Part shown: in pieces, positions 48,698 through 57,542 of the stretch
Layout of the letters: every line of letters starts with the position of its first letter
How positions within the stretch are numbered: the first letter of the stretch is position 1
Assembly (NCBI GenBank): GCA_963710755.1
Contig: CAVQBK010000007.1
Coordinates: forward strand, 64,001 to 128,000
Direction: 5' to 3'
DNA: 64,000 bases
DNA from: an uncultured bacterium
GTDB lineage: Bacteria > Oederibacteriota > JAAXVQ01 > JAUVAV01
Translations under genes and position numbers: made by a program
The notes under the pieces: generated by a model
Told to the model about the DNA's origin: nothing
Databases searched by the model: none
Seen by the model: the letters and a program-made list of their open reading frames with translations, nothing else

Positions 48698-49485
48698 ATT
48701 TGCTGACTATCAAGCATTATGGCTGTCAGGTGGATCAAAAATGGCTGCTTGATAGTATTAATCTGAGTGTGTCGCCGGGCGAACGTTTGGCCGTCATCGG
48801 GCCCAATGGCGCCGGCAAATCCACGCTGCTCAAAAGTCTGATGGGACTGCTGCCTCACAGCCACGGTGACCTGCTGCTTAACGACCGGAGTTTAAAAACC
48901 TATACCCAAAAAGAACGGGCCCGTTGGCTGTCCTATGTACCTCAATACCTGTCGCATCAGGAGCTCTTTACAGTGCGCGAATTTATGCTCATGGGGCGAT
49001 TTCCTCATTTGTCGGTATTTTCCAATATCACGGCCGAGGACCAGGAGGCTTTGCGGCGGGCCCTCAAATTGATTGCAATGACTGATCAAGCCCTTCGGCC
49101 CATGCACACCCTATCCGGCGGAGAACAGCAAAAGGTGTTGGTGGGTGCGGCACTGGTGCAGGAAGCGCCCATCATGCTGCTCGATGAACCGGCCACCTTT
49201 CTTGATCCCCGAGAACAGGACAATCTTTACCAGTTGTTGCAGAATCTTCACCGTCGCCTGGGGCTGACCTTTTTGGAAGTCACCCATGATATTAACCGGG
49301 CTTTGGCTCATGACCGGGTGGTGGCCTTGAAACAAGGCCGTTTGGTGTTTGACGGCACCCCTGCCGAGCTGGTGCATGAAGGCGTTTTGGCCGGCATTTA
49401 CCAAAAACCATTTGCTTTTTTCAACCATCCACGCACCGGCCAGACCTTGGTGTTGCCAGGAGGGTGGGAAGACCATGATGGGTAA
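48694..49485 (+). CDS. btuD: Cobalamin/siderophore ABC transporter ATP-binding protein
   Basis: GPNGAGKST, LSGGEQQ, LLDEP and VTHD. Confidence 0.88.
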   Translation: MNLLTIKHYGCQVDQKWLLDSINLSVSPGERLAVIGPNGAGKSTLLKSLMGLLPHSHGDLLLNDRSLKTYTQKERARWLSYVPQYLSHQELFTVREFMLMGRFPHLSVFSNITAEDQEALRRALKLIAMTDQALRPMHTLSGGEQQKVLVGAALVQEAPIMLLDEPATFLDPREQDNLYQLLQNLHRRLGLTFLEVTHDINRALAHDRVVALKQGRLVFDGTPAELVHEGVLAGIYQKPFAFFNHPRTGQTLVLPGGWEDHDG

Positions 49486-50449
49486 GCCAATAACCCTATG
49501 GATCCTATTGGGCTTGAGTCTGGTCCTGTTGGCACTGCTGCCTTTTGTGGGTATGGAGATGATCAACCCCTGGACTTTTCTAAGCAATCCCAACGTGGAG
49601 ATGCAACAATTGTTTTGGCAATTGCGCTTACCTCGAATATTGGCGGGCATGCTGGCTGGCGCCGGGCTGGCCACAGCCGGCGTGACTTACCAGGCCATGT
49701 TTCAAAATCCTCTGGCCACGCCCTTTACCCTGGGGACCGCTTCCGGTGCCAGCCTGGGTGCCAGTATCTATATTTGGAGCGGGCTGAGCTTTGCCTTGCT
49801 GGGGATTCCGGGATTAATGCTCTTTGCCTTTTTGGGAGCCTTGCTGGCCATGGCCTTGGTTTATCTTATTGCCCGCCTTAAAGACGGATTGACCGGCATG
49901 ACCATGCTCTTAGCCGGCGTTGCGCTCAGTATTACTTTTTCCAGTTTTATTCTCTTGTTTCAATATTTGTCCGATCAGGCCCATAGTCTGCGTATCTTGC
50001 GCTGGTTAATGGGCGGGCTGGACGTGGTGGGTTATCAGCAGCTGCTGCAGACCGTTCCCTTTGTGATGCAAGGCTTGGTGGCCATGTTGATGATGACCAT
50101 GCCACTCAATCTTCTGGCCACCGGCCCGACCTTGGCTGCAGCCCGAGGCCTGGATGTGGGAAGAGTTAAGCTCATTATTCTGCTCACCACCGGCGTGATG
50201 GTGGGCGCCGTGGTTTCCGTGGCTGGTCCGGTGGGATTTCTGGGCTTGATGGTGCCTCACATCGGCCGCCGTTTGATCGGTCCTGATCACAGGCTGTTGC
50301 TGCCGGTCAGCCTAATCGGTGGAGCGGTACTGTTACCGGTCTGCGATACCATAGCCCGCGTGATTATTGCGCCCGCGGAATTGCCGGTGGGTATTGTGAC
50401 AGCCCTTATTGGGGGGCCCTTTTTTATCTGGGTGTTGATCAGGAGGTGA
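49475..50449 (+). CDS. btuC: FecCD/BtuC ABC permease
   Basis: LRLPR, FQNPLATP, GPVGFLGLMVPH and ELPVGIVTALIGGPFF. Confidence 0.9.
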   Translation: MMGKPITLWILLGLSLVLLALLPFVGMEMINPWTFLSNPNVEMQQLFWQLRLPRILAGMLAGAGLATAGVTYQAMFQNPLATPFTLGTASGASLGASIYIWSGLSFALLGIPGLMLFAFLGALLAMALVYLIARLKDGLTGMTMLLAGVALSITFSSFILLFQYLSDQAHSLRILRWLMGGLDVVGYQQLLQTVPFVMQGLVAMLMMTMPLNLLATGPTLAAARGLDVGRVKLIILLTTGVMVGAVVSVAGPVGFLGLMVPHIGRRLIGPDHRLLLPVSLIGGAVLLPVCDTIARVIIAPAELPVGIVTALIGGPFFIWVLIRR

Positions 50450-50451
50450 CC

Positions 50452-50988
50452 ATGGGAAAAAGCGCATGGACCAAAGCGCGTGGCGCGGTTCACATCTACA
50501 CCGGCGAGGGTAAAGGCAAAACCACCGCTGCCTTGGGTCTGGCTCTGCGGGCTGCCGGGGCAGGCTGGCAGGTATGCTTTGTTCAGTTTATGAAGGCCGG
50601 CCATTATGCGGAACATGCTTCTTTGGCCAAACTGAAGGCCATCACTGTACGGCAATTTGGCGGCAAAGGGTTTATCCGGCAGCAGCCCACAGCTCAAGAC
50701 CGCCAAGAAGCCCAGCGTGCCTGGGAAACTGTCCGGCTGGCGAGCCAGAATCCTGATTATGGCCTAGTGGTGGCTGATGAAATCCTGGTGGCGCAGAGCA
50801 TGGGCTTGCTCCAGGAAAAGCAAGTACTGGAGCTGATGACGCATAAATTAAAAAGTGTGGAGCTCGTGCTAACCGGACGGGGGGCCACTAAAAGGGAAAT
50901 GGCTCGGGCCGATCTGGTAACAGAGATGAACGCATACAAACATTATCATACCCAGGGCAGGCCGGCTAAAAAAGGGGTGGAATTTTAA
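50452..50988 (+). CDS. cobO: Cob(I)yrinic acid a,c-diamide adenosyltransferase (CobO/BtuR)
   Basis: YTGEGKGKTTAALG, VQFMK, ELVLTGR and ADLVTEM; RBS AGGAGG. Confidence 0.93.
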   Translation: MGKSAWTKARGAVHIYTGEGKGKTTAALGLALRAAGAGWQVCFVQFMKAGHYAEHASLAKLKAITVRQFGGKGFIRQQPTAQDRQEAQRAWETVRLASQNPDYGLVVADEILVAQSMGLLQEKQVLELMTHKLKSVELVLTGRGATKREMARADLVTEMNAYKHYHTQGRPAKKGVEF

Positions 50989-51025
50989 GTTGTCTTTTTC
51001 CATGACCCGTCCGGGTTAGGGGAAT

Positions 51026-51337
51026 TTAATCAGCGTGGAAGATGCTGTAGACGGGCGGGCCCACCATAAACTCCTGAAACGGCAGCTGATGAAGTCTGAA
51101 GTGCTTTTGCATGGCTTGGTTGCATTCGGCCAGGCATTTGAGGTTGTCATATTCCGCATAAACCAGAATGGCTTGCTGATCCAGGTAGGGCAGAGATGGA
51201 TCATCCACCACCGGATTGACCGCGGCTGTTCGGCAGCCAGGCCGGGTGCGTTTAAAAGCCGCATAATCCCTGAACAGTTGGTAAGCTTCTTCCTTGATCT
51301 CCGATTTTAATTTGAAAATTGCCACTTCCCGAACCAT
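51026..51337 (-). CDS. Small hypothetical protein, dimeric alpha+beta barrel (ABM-like) pattern
   Basis: RBS AGGAGGAG; EVAIFKLK...RPGC...LVYAEYDNL pattern. Confidence 0.65.
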   Translation of the reverse strand: MVREVAIFKLKSEIKEEAYQLFRDYAAFKRTRPGCRTAAVNPVVDDPSLPYLDQQAILVYAEYDNLKCLAECNQAMQKHFRLHQLPFQEFMVGPPVYSIFHAD

Positions 51338-51486
51338 GATCTCCTCCTGCTGTTTTTAACAGCTGCTATCATATCCAAGGGTGTGTTCTTGGTCAAGCGC
51401 ATTGCGTGTTGCTGCTTCTATTAAAGCACCGCCAAGCGAGGTGGAAGCAGCGCGGAGGGCGCTAAATATTGACCGCCCCTGTCCGA

Positions 51487-51495
51487 TGCTATAGT
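51487..51495 (+). promoter_or_regulatory. Extended -10 promoter candidate
   Basis: TGCTATAGT, with TTGACC 15 bp upstream of the -10 hexamer. Confidence 0.35.
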
Positions 51496-51559
51496 TAGGG
51501 TTTTCTGGGTGCCTTAGGTCAGCAGAAAGCTCATCTCGGGATGTCCCGGACGAAAACTA

Positions 51560-51997
51560 ATGAGATGTGGTGTGCTATTGAACCAGTCCGATGAAAGTCA
51601 ACAACACCCCATGATGGGACCGCAAAAAACCTTGATTATTTGCCACAGTCCCAGGGAATATGATCCGATTGCAAGGGAATTCGGACACCATCCGGCCTAT
51701 CGCGTGATTTGGGATACGGAAAATTTCACCCAAATCTTGCAGGAGGTGGATTTTTCCGAGGTGGTGCTTATGATTAAGGACAAGATTTGTGCCCGCCAGG
51801 TGGAATCCAAGCTGTGCCGGATCAAAAAACATCTTACCATTTTCGATGTCTCCCAGGAGGATCAGTTGCCGCCGGGGGTAAGGCGGGATTTTTTTAATGC
51901 CAATTATCAGTTTGTAATTGGGTGGTTACGCAATATTGGTCACTTGCGGGCCGTGAAAAGGGAAATCATTGATCAGATCATGCAGCGTGGATTTTAA
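51560..51997 (+). CDS. Hypothetical protein
   Basis: 145-aa ORF co-oriented with, and 28 bp before, the STAS-kinase gene; start uncertain. Confidence 0.6.
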   Translation: MRCGVLLNQSDESQQHPMMGPQKTLIICHSPREYDPIAREFGHHPAYRVIWDTENFTQILQEVDFSEVVLMIKDKICARQVESKLCRIKKHLTIFDVSQEDQLPPGVRRDFFNANYQFVIGWLRNIGHLRAVKREIIDQIMQRGF

Positions 51998-52025
51998 GCA
52001 ATAATGATTAACCATTGAGGGTATC

Positions 52026-53273
52026 ATGAACTCAAAACTATCTATTCAATCGGCGGTAAGCAGCTATAATGACCAGGTGATGGTCCTCAAAGTGGCCGGA
52101 AATATTGATGCCACTTCGTCGGAAGATTTGAAAAATGCCATCGAGACTAATTATCAGAACCATCATCTGTTGCTTTTAATTGATATGCAAGCCGTGGATT
52201 ATATCAGTTCCGCGGGCATGGGCACCATTATCAGCATGCTTAAAAAAATCAGGGATCATGGGCAGGGGGACATCAAACTGTGTAGTCCGAAAGAGCAGGT
52301 TTACCGTGTACTGGAAAGTGTGGGTCTCCATCTGATCATGGAAATTCTGGAGGATGAGTCACGGGTCAGGGAATGGGTTTCCCGGCATCTTGACCAGCCG
52401 CTGGCAGGGTTCTCGTTTATGCCCTTGACCACGCCGGTTTGCGGCCAGCCATTCAAGGTTAAAATCACGGCCCGCAACCGCGATCAGAGCCTGGCCGCAG
52501 CCTACATGGGCGCACCCTTTTTAAGCGTGGATAAGGGACTGGTCCTGCCCAATCAGATTCCCAACATGGAAAACGGTGAATGGGAAGGCACGTTGACAAC
52601 CATTGATGCGGGCAGTCTGGTGCTTACCATCAGCGACGGCAAAATTCAAAATAGTTTTGACCTTTTCGTACAAGAAAAAGATCAACGTTTGAAAGTGACC
52701 TTTCCCTGTGATGTCCATTGTCCTCATTGCCAGAAACATTCCCGCATTAGGGGCGCCAATATTTATCAATGCAAGCAATGCCAGACGATTTTTTATATTG
52801 ATGCCTGGGCACAGGTGATCATGCTGAAAAAAGGCAGCATGATACATCGTAAACAATATAAGTTGAAAGGCACGGAGATAAAAATCAGCAGCAATGTCAA
52901 TTATCTGCCGGCCTTGCGGGAGTACCTTATGGGTTTGGCGCAAGCGGAAAACATTGCCGAGCCGGTGGTACATGATTTGATTCTCGTGACCGAGGAAGTG
53001 GTGATGAATATTATCGAGCATGCCTATGATTTTGATCCCCATCAAATCATTGTGCTGCGTATTCATTTTCATCCGGAAAAAATCCAACTGGACATTTTTG
53101 ACTATGGGTTGCCTTTTGATATTACCAAGCAAAAGGGCTCGGTGGTAAAAAGTTTGATGAAGGGCCGGGAAGGCGGGGTAGGCAGCATTTTAATTAATCA
53201 ACTCATGGATGAAGTCACCTACACCTCGACCGGCAGAATGAACCAATTGAGCCTGAGCAAACGGCTGGACTAA
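52026..53273 (+). CDS. Fusion protein: STAS anti-anti-sigma + Ig-like domain + Zn ribbon + RsbW-type anti-sigma kinase
   Basis: DYISSAGMG (STAS Ser), CPHC/CKQC, EVVMNIIEHAY, DYGLPFD and REGGVG...LMDEV. Confidence 0.85.
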   Translation: MNSKLSIQSAVSSYNDQVMVLKVAGNIDATSSEDLKNAIETNYQNHHLLLLIDMQAVDYISSAGMGTIISMLKKIRDHGQGDIKLCSPKEQVYRVLESVGLHLIMEILEDESRVREWVSRHLDQPLAGFSFMPLTTPVCGQPFKVKITARNRDQSLAAAYMGAPFLSVDKGLVLPNQIPNMENGEWEGTLTTIDAGSLVLTISDGKIQNSFDLFVQEKDQRLKVTFPCDVHCPHCQKHSRIRGANIYQCKQCQTIFYIDAWAQVIMLKKGSMIHRKQYKLKGTEIKISSNVNYLPALREYLMGLAQAENIAEPVVHDLILVTEEVVMNIIEHAYDFDPHQIIVLRIHFHPEKIQLDIFDYGLPFDITKQKGSVVKSLMKGREGGVGSILINQLMDEVTYTSTGRMNQLSLSKRLD

Positions 53274-53279
53274 AGACGC

Positions 53280-54827
53280 TCAGGCTTCCTCCCGCTTCAA
53301 CACAATCATGGTCATGTCGTCATTTTGCGCACTGGTTCCTACGAAGACTTTTAAGGTATGATCAATGTGCTCGATAATGCCGGCTGCCGGGAGATGGGCG
53401 CAGGCAAGGATGGCGGCTTTCAGGCGTTCCAACCCGAACAATTCACTTTGAGCATTACAGGCCTCGTCAATGCCGTCGGTATAAAGAAAGATGAAGTCGC
53501 CCGGGTGTAATTCCAGGCACTCCTCGGCCAGTACTTTGGTGAAGATGTCCGCGTCTGCGGCACCGATGGCAATGCCTACCGGTTTGAACGCTTCCAAGGT
53601 TTTCGTGGCCTGGCGAAATACCAGCAGAGGCACATGGCCGGCACGTGCGAAAGCCAGCGTATGTTGCTTGGCATTGAGTACGGCGTAAGTGGCGGTAATA
53701 AACATATTTTCCTGGATGTCATCTTGCATATGCCGGCTGACCGTACTTAAGGTTTTGCCAGGAGCCAGGCTGCTCTGGGCCAGAAGGCTGAGGAGGGAAC
53801 GGGTCTGGGTCATCACCAGTCCCCCGGGCAGGCCTTTGCCGGATACATCGGCCACGATCATGCCCCAATGACCTTTACCCAGATCAAAAAAGTCCAGGTA
53901 ATCACCGCTGAGCTCCTGGGCAGACCGGTAAAGCATGCCCACATTATACCCGGCAATGGCAGGGGTTTTTTTAGGGATCAATAAATTCTGGATCTCCTTG
54001 GCAATCAGCATTTCTTTTTCCAGCCGTTCCTTAATCAGCATTTCCTGCTGAGCTTCTTTTAAATTTAAAGTCATGGCATTCAAGGTGTGGGAAAGCTGAC
54101 CGATCTCATCGCGCGATTTGACTTGAAAGGTGTAATCCAAATTACCGCCACCCACGATTTGCGCCGCTTGTGACAGCTGGCTAATGGGATGGGTGATGCG
54201 GTTGACCACAATCAAGGTGAGCAGGATGGCAAAGGCCAGGCTGACTGCGGTGATGGTAAAAATCATGGTCAGTGTTTGTTCCACGGTTTTTTCAATAGGC
54301 GCAAGGGAATAGACCAGGTGGGCAATACCCAGGGACTTGTGGATGTTATCTTTCTGAACATGGAAAATAATGGGAAACCCGAAGTCCAAACAAGGCTCGT
54401 CCCGGAGGGTACAAGTGGAAATAGTGGCGTTTTGAACCTGTGCATAGAGTCCGGTAGGATGGACATTATAGGGTGCCCCTTCCAGCTCCGGTTGGCTATG
54501 GGCAATGATGTGCTGATCAGAGGCCACTAAGGCAGCCTGGACGATGCCTTTTTCCTGTTTGACGGCCTGATCGACCAGTTCATTTATGACCATCTGATCG
54601 TTAATGGCCAAAGCCTCAGCGGCGTTATTAGCCAGACCACGGGTCAAGGCAATACCTTTATTGATCATTTGGTCCATCAGGCTGGTTTCCACTTGGCGAC
54701 GGATGACCAGGGTGACTGCGGTCATGATAATGATGATCAGCAGGCTGATAATAATGGTGAATTTTAATTTCAGACCCGGACCTTTTTTGAAAGCAGGTAC
54801 AGCCAGCGGAGGGTAGGCATCAGACAT
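53280..54827 (-). CDS. Membrane PP2C/SpoIIE (RsbU-like) phosphatase with periplasmic sensor and HAMP
   Basis: 2 TM, SRDEIGQLS, SGDYLD, ADVSGKG, RAGH, YTDGIDE and QNDDMT. Confidence 0.92.
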   Translation of the reverse strand: MSDAYPPLAVPAFKKGPGLKLKFTIIISLLIIIIMTAVTLVIRRQVETSLMDQMINKGIALTRGLANNAAEALAINDQMVINELVDQAVKQEKGIVQAALVASDQHIIAHSQPELEGAPYNVHPTGLYAQVQNATISTCTLRDEPCLDFGFPIIFHVQKDNIHKSLGIAHLVYSLAPIEKTVEQTLTMIFTITAVSLAFAILLTLIVVNRITHPISQLSQAAQIVGGGNLDYTFQVKSRDEIGQLSHTLNAMTLNLKEAQQEMLIKERLEKEMLIAKEIQNLLIPKKTPAIAGYNVGMLYRSAQELSGDYLDFFDLGKGHWGMIVADVSGKGLPGGLVMTQTRSLLSLLAQSSLAPGKTLSTVSRHMQDDIQENMFITATYAVLNAKQHTLAFARAGHVPLLVFRQATKTLEAFKPVGIAIGAADADIFTKVLAEECLELHPGDFIFLYTDGIDEACNAQSELFGLERLKAAILACAHLPAAGIIEHIDHTLKVFVGTSAQNDDMTMIVLKREEA

Positions 54828-54830
54828 GGG

Positions 54831-55178
54831 CTAACCCTTAAATGCTGCGGTGGCCTCGGCCACGCTGCTATAAATTTTAAATATCTGGGTAAACCCAAAT
54901 GTATCGAAGATTTCAAAGACCGCCGGCATCATGCCTGCGATTTTGATGTCTCCCTGGCGGCGCTGGACATTTTTGATAGCGCCCATGATGGCCCCCAAAC
55001 CGGCGGAAGAGATATAGTTCAAGGCGCTGAAATCCAGAATGATTTTGGTCTGACCGCTTTCAATCAACGAGGTCAAGGTGTTTTCAAAACTAAACACCTC
55101 CGTCATGCTCATGAAGCCATCGGTTTTGAGAATGGCAATATCGTCTTGTTGTGAAACATTAATGTTGATTTGAGTCAT
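54831..55178 (-). CDS. STAS anti-sigma factor antagonist (RsbV/SpoIIAA-like)
   Basis: IILDFSALNYISSAGLG and GDIKIA. Confidence 0.92.
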   Translation of the reverse strand: MTQININVSQQDDIAILKTDGFMSMTEVFSFENTLTSLIESGQTKIILDFSALNYISSAGLGAIMGAIKNVQRRQGDIKIAGMMPAVFEIFDTFGFTQIFKIYSSVAEATAAFKG

Positions 55179-55296
55179 GGTGTTTTCCCGTATGGGTGAT
55201 AATCACGCCAGTCAACGCTCAGCTTAATTCTCGGTCATCCCGGTTAAAACATAAAGGCAGGCGGGTAAAAAGATCAGCGTCGAAAGACGGTACGGT

Positions 55297-57528
55297 TTAT
55301 TTCCATTTTACCAGATTGGCCTTTTTGTTTTGAGCCCGTTTGAGGTAGGTTTGGATAAGGTTGTTTTCCTGATCCATCTGCCGGGCAGCTTCCCAATAAG
55401 CAATGGCTTTGTCCAAAGCATCACGGCGATAATTGAGCACCCCGGCACTGATATAGGCCTGAATGATCAGGTCCTGGATACGGTTATCCTGGTCGATGGC
55501 CAGACTCTGACGGAAGTAATCAATGCAAATGTCCAATTCTTTCTTCTGGTAAGCCTGCACCCCTCGCTCGCGCAAGAGCGCTGCTTTGGCCAGTCGCTGC
55601 TTGAGGCTGACTTTCAAGGCCATCAACTTTTGATTGAGCGCATTTTTCTGATCCAATAAGGTCAGCAGAGAAAGAGCCTGGCTCAAACGATGTTTGGTGA
55701 CCAGAGAGTCGATCATTCTTATAGCACCGTCAGAGCTTTTAATTCGATTGTAATCACGAGTAATCAGGGGAAGATAGTTGTCCAGATTCCGGTAATGTGG
55801 TGACACTGCTTTGAGTCGCTTGCCGAGCGTGAGGGCTTTGGAAAAATTGCGGGCCTTATAACTCTGTACCATGTCGCTGTAAAGGCGATCCATGTCTTTG
55901 CTCATGGCGGCTTGACATTGCTGTTTAAGAACCAGGGCCGAGCTATAACCGGGCGATAGTTTGAGAATGGTGTTGAACAATTTGACGGCCTGCCAATAGT
56001 CGAAGCGCTGCATGGCTTTAACGGCTTCGGCGAAATAGCCATCGAGCCGTCCCTGAATCCGCTTAGTGATATCTTGGATGTGTGTCAGAGCCGTCTGGTT
56101 TTCCGGATCTATAATCAGCAGTTCTTCCCATTGCTGCAAGGCATCCACCCAGTTGCCGTTCTGCTCCTGAGCCAGCGCTTGATCCTGGTGAGTTTTAATA
56201 ATGCGGGCAATGTCAATCTGCTGTTCTTCCTGGGCATAAAAGCGGACGCGGTCAATGGCCATAAGATACTCTTGGTTGGTCATCGCCATGGCGGAACTTT
56301 GTTTGAGTGTTTCGAAAGCATCGTCAAACGCTTTGATGCTCACGTAGGCTTTAGCCTTAAGCAACAGATTATCGAGTTGATGTCGGACGTCCCGCTGAGA
56401 TTTCCAATACAGTAGCTTGGCTTGTTCCTGATCAGGGTCAAGCAGCAGGATGTCCCGGCTCTGCTTCATGGCCAAGGAATAGTCTCCAGCTTGATAAGCC
56501 TTGACCGCCTGATCGAATTTATGGTCGATTTGTTGCAAAGTATGGGTGTTGTCTTGGAGCGGCACTTCCCATTTTAAGGACAACCAATGCAGGGTTTGGG
56601 CAGCACGCAGGTCAATGCTGTAGTCAAGCTGCCAGGCCTGAAACCGTGTCCCCACGCCGGCGGCCAAATGCTGGGGCGATGCCCCGGCACGTAGTTTGAA
56701 GGGGAGATCAGGCAAGGTGTATTCGAGGCCGGCATTCCAATGACGCCAAAAACCGTTGGCGGAGTTCAGGGAATCCTGTAATTTCAAGGCCTCCAAACTG
56801 AAATAAAAATCCAGGCCTGAAAACCAAGGGTTGTCAAATCCAGGATTCCAATGCCCACCGAGGCGGGCATTGAAGTCCATGATATCGGCAGGCACTTGGC
56901 CGACGCCGCGAATACCCCAGTAAGGGTCACCGGCATAGCCTACCGCATTTTGAAGAGCCAGTGCAGCACCCCAATGTTCGCCTTCCACGATCATGCCTGC
57001 ATCCAAGGCGAGGCTGTTTTCATGGTAGGACGCCAATTCCTGATCAAGGTATTTCAGGGTCGCGCCGATGCGGAGAAAGGGTGAGAGTTTTAATCCCATG
57101 CCAAGGGCCACGTTATTGCTTAAGTGATTAAATCGACCCAAGTAATTATCGCTGTCATCGCGGGCTTCAAAGCCCATAGAGGCCAATTGACCCCAACCCC
57201 AGCCTAGAGCCAAGCGTTCGTTGATAGGAAAGTGAAATCCTAGAAAATGATAGCGCGTGTTCTCGGCAAGGTTGACATAAGTAGCCTGCACATCGGCCTG
57301 CCAGCCTGCGCTCAATCCGGCCGGGTTGAGGTAAAGCGCCTCCGTACCATTACTGTCCGTAAGATCGGCAGTCCCCAATACAGCCGAACGGCTGGATACC
57401 GGGAAATTGGTGAGCCGGTCGCCCTGGGTGTTGACCGTGTCACTCAGGTCAAACCAGGATGCACTGACCCCGGTCCCTAAGGTCAACAAAGCGAGCATGG
57501 TCATGATGGCTTTTAGGCAACTATGCAT
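55297..57528 (-). CDS. PorV/FadL-like outer-membrane barrel fused to C-terminal TPR repeats
   Basis: SSRSAVLG, ALYLNPAGL, IGATLKY, LALDAG and LQNA barrel motifs, followed by about 400 aa of TPR-like helices. Confidence 0.75.
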   Translation of the reverse strand: MHSCLKAIMTMLALLTLGTGVSASWFDLSDTVNTQGDRLTNFPVSSRSAVLGTADLTDSNGTEALYLNPAGLSAGWQADVQATYVNLAENTRYHFLGFHFPINERLALGWGWGQLASMGFEARDDSDNYLGRFNHLSNNVALGMGLKLSPFLRIGATLKYLDQELASYHENSLALDAGMIVEGEHWGAALALQNAVGYAGDPYWGIRGVGQVPADIMDFNARLGGHWNPGFDNPWFSGLDFYFSLEALKLQDSLNSANGFWRHWNAGLEYTLPDLPFKLRAGASPQHLAAGVGTRFQAWQLDYSIDLRAAQTLHWLSLKWEVPLQDNTHTLQQIDHKFDQAVKAYQAGDYSLAMKQSRDILLLDPDQEQAKLLYWKSQRDVRHQLDNLLLKAKAYVSIKAFDDAFETLKQSSAMAMTNQEYLMAIDRVRFYAQEEQQIDIARIIKTHQDQALAQEQNGNWVDALQQWEELLIIDPENQTALTHIQDITKRIQGRLDGYFAEAVKAMQRFDYWQAVKLFNTILKLSPGYSSALVLKQQCQAAMSKDMDRLYSDMVQSYKARNFSKALTLGKRLKAVSPHYRNLDNYLPLITRDYNRIKSSDGAIRMIDSLVTKHRLSQALSLLTLLDQKNALNQKLMALKVSLKQRLAKAALLRERGVQAYQKKELDICIDYFRQSLAIDQDNRIQDLIIQAYISAGVLNYRRDALDKAIAYWEAARQMDQENNLIQTYLKRAQNKKANLVKWK

Positions 57529-57542
57529 CCCGTCACGCTTCT

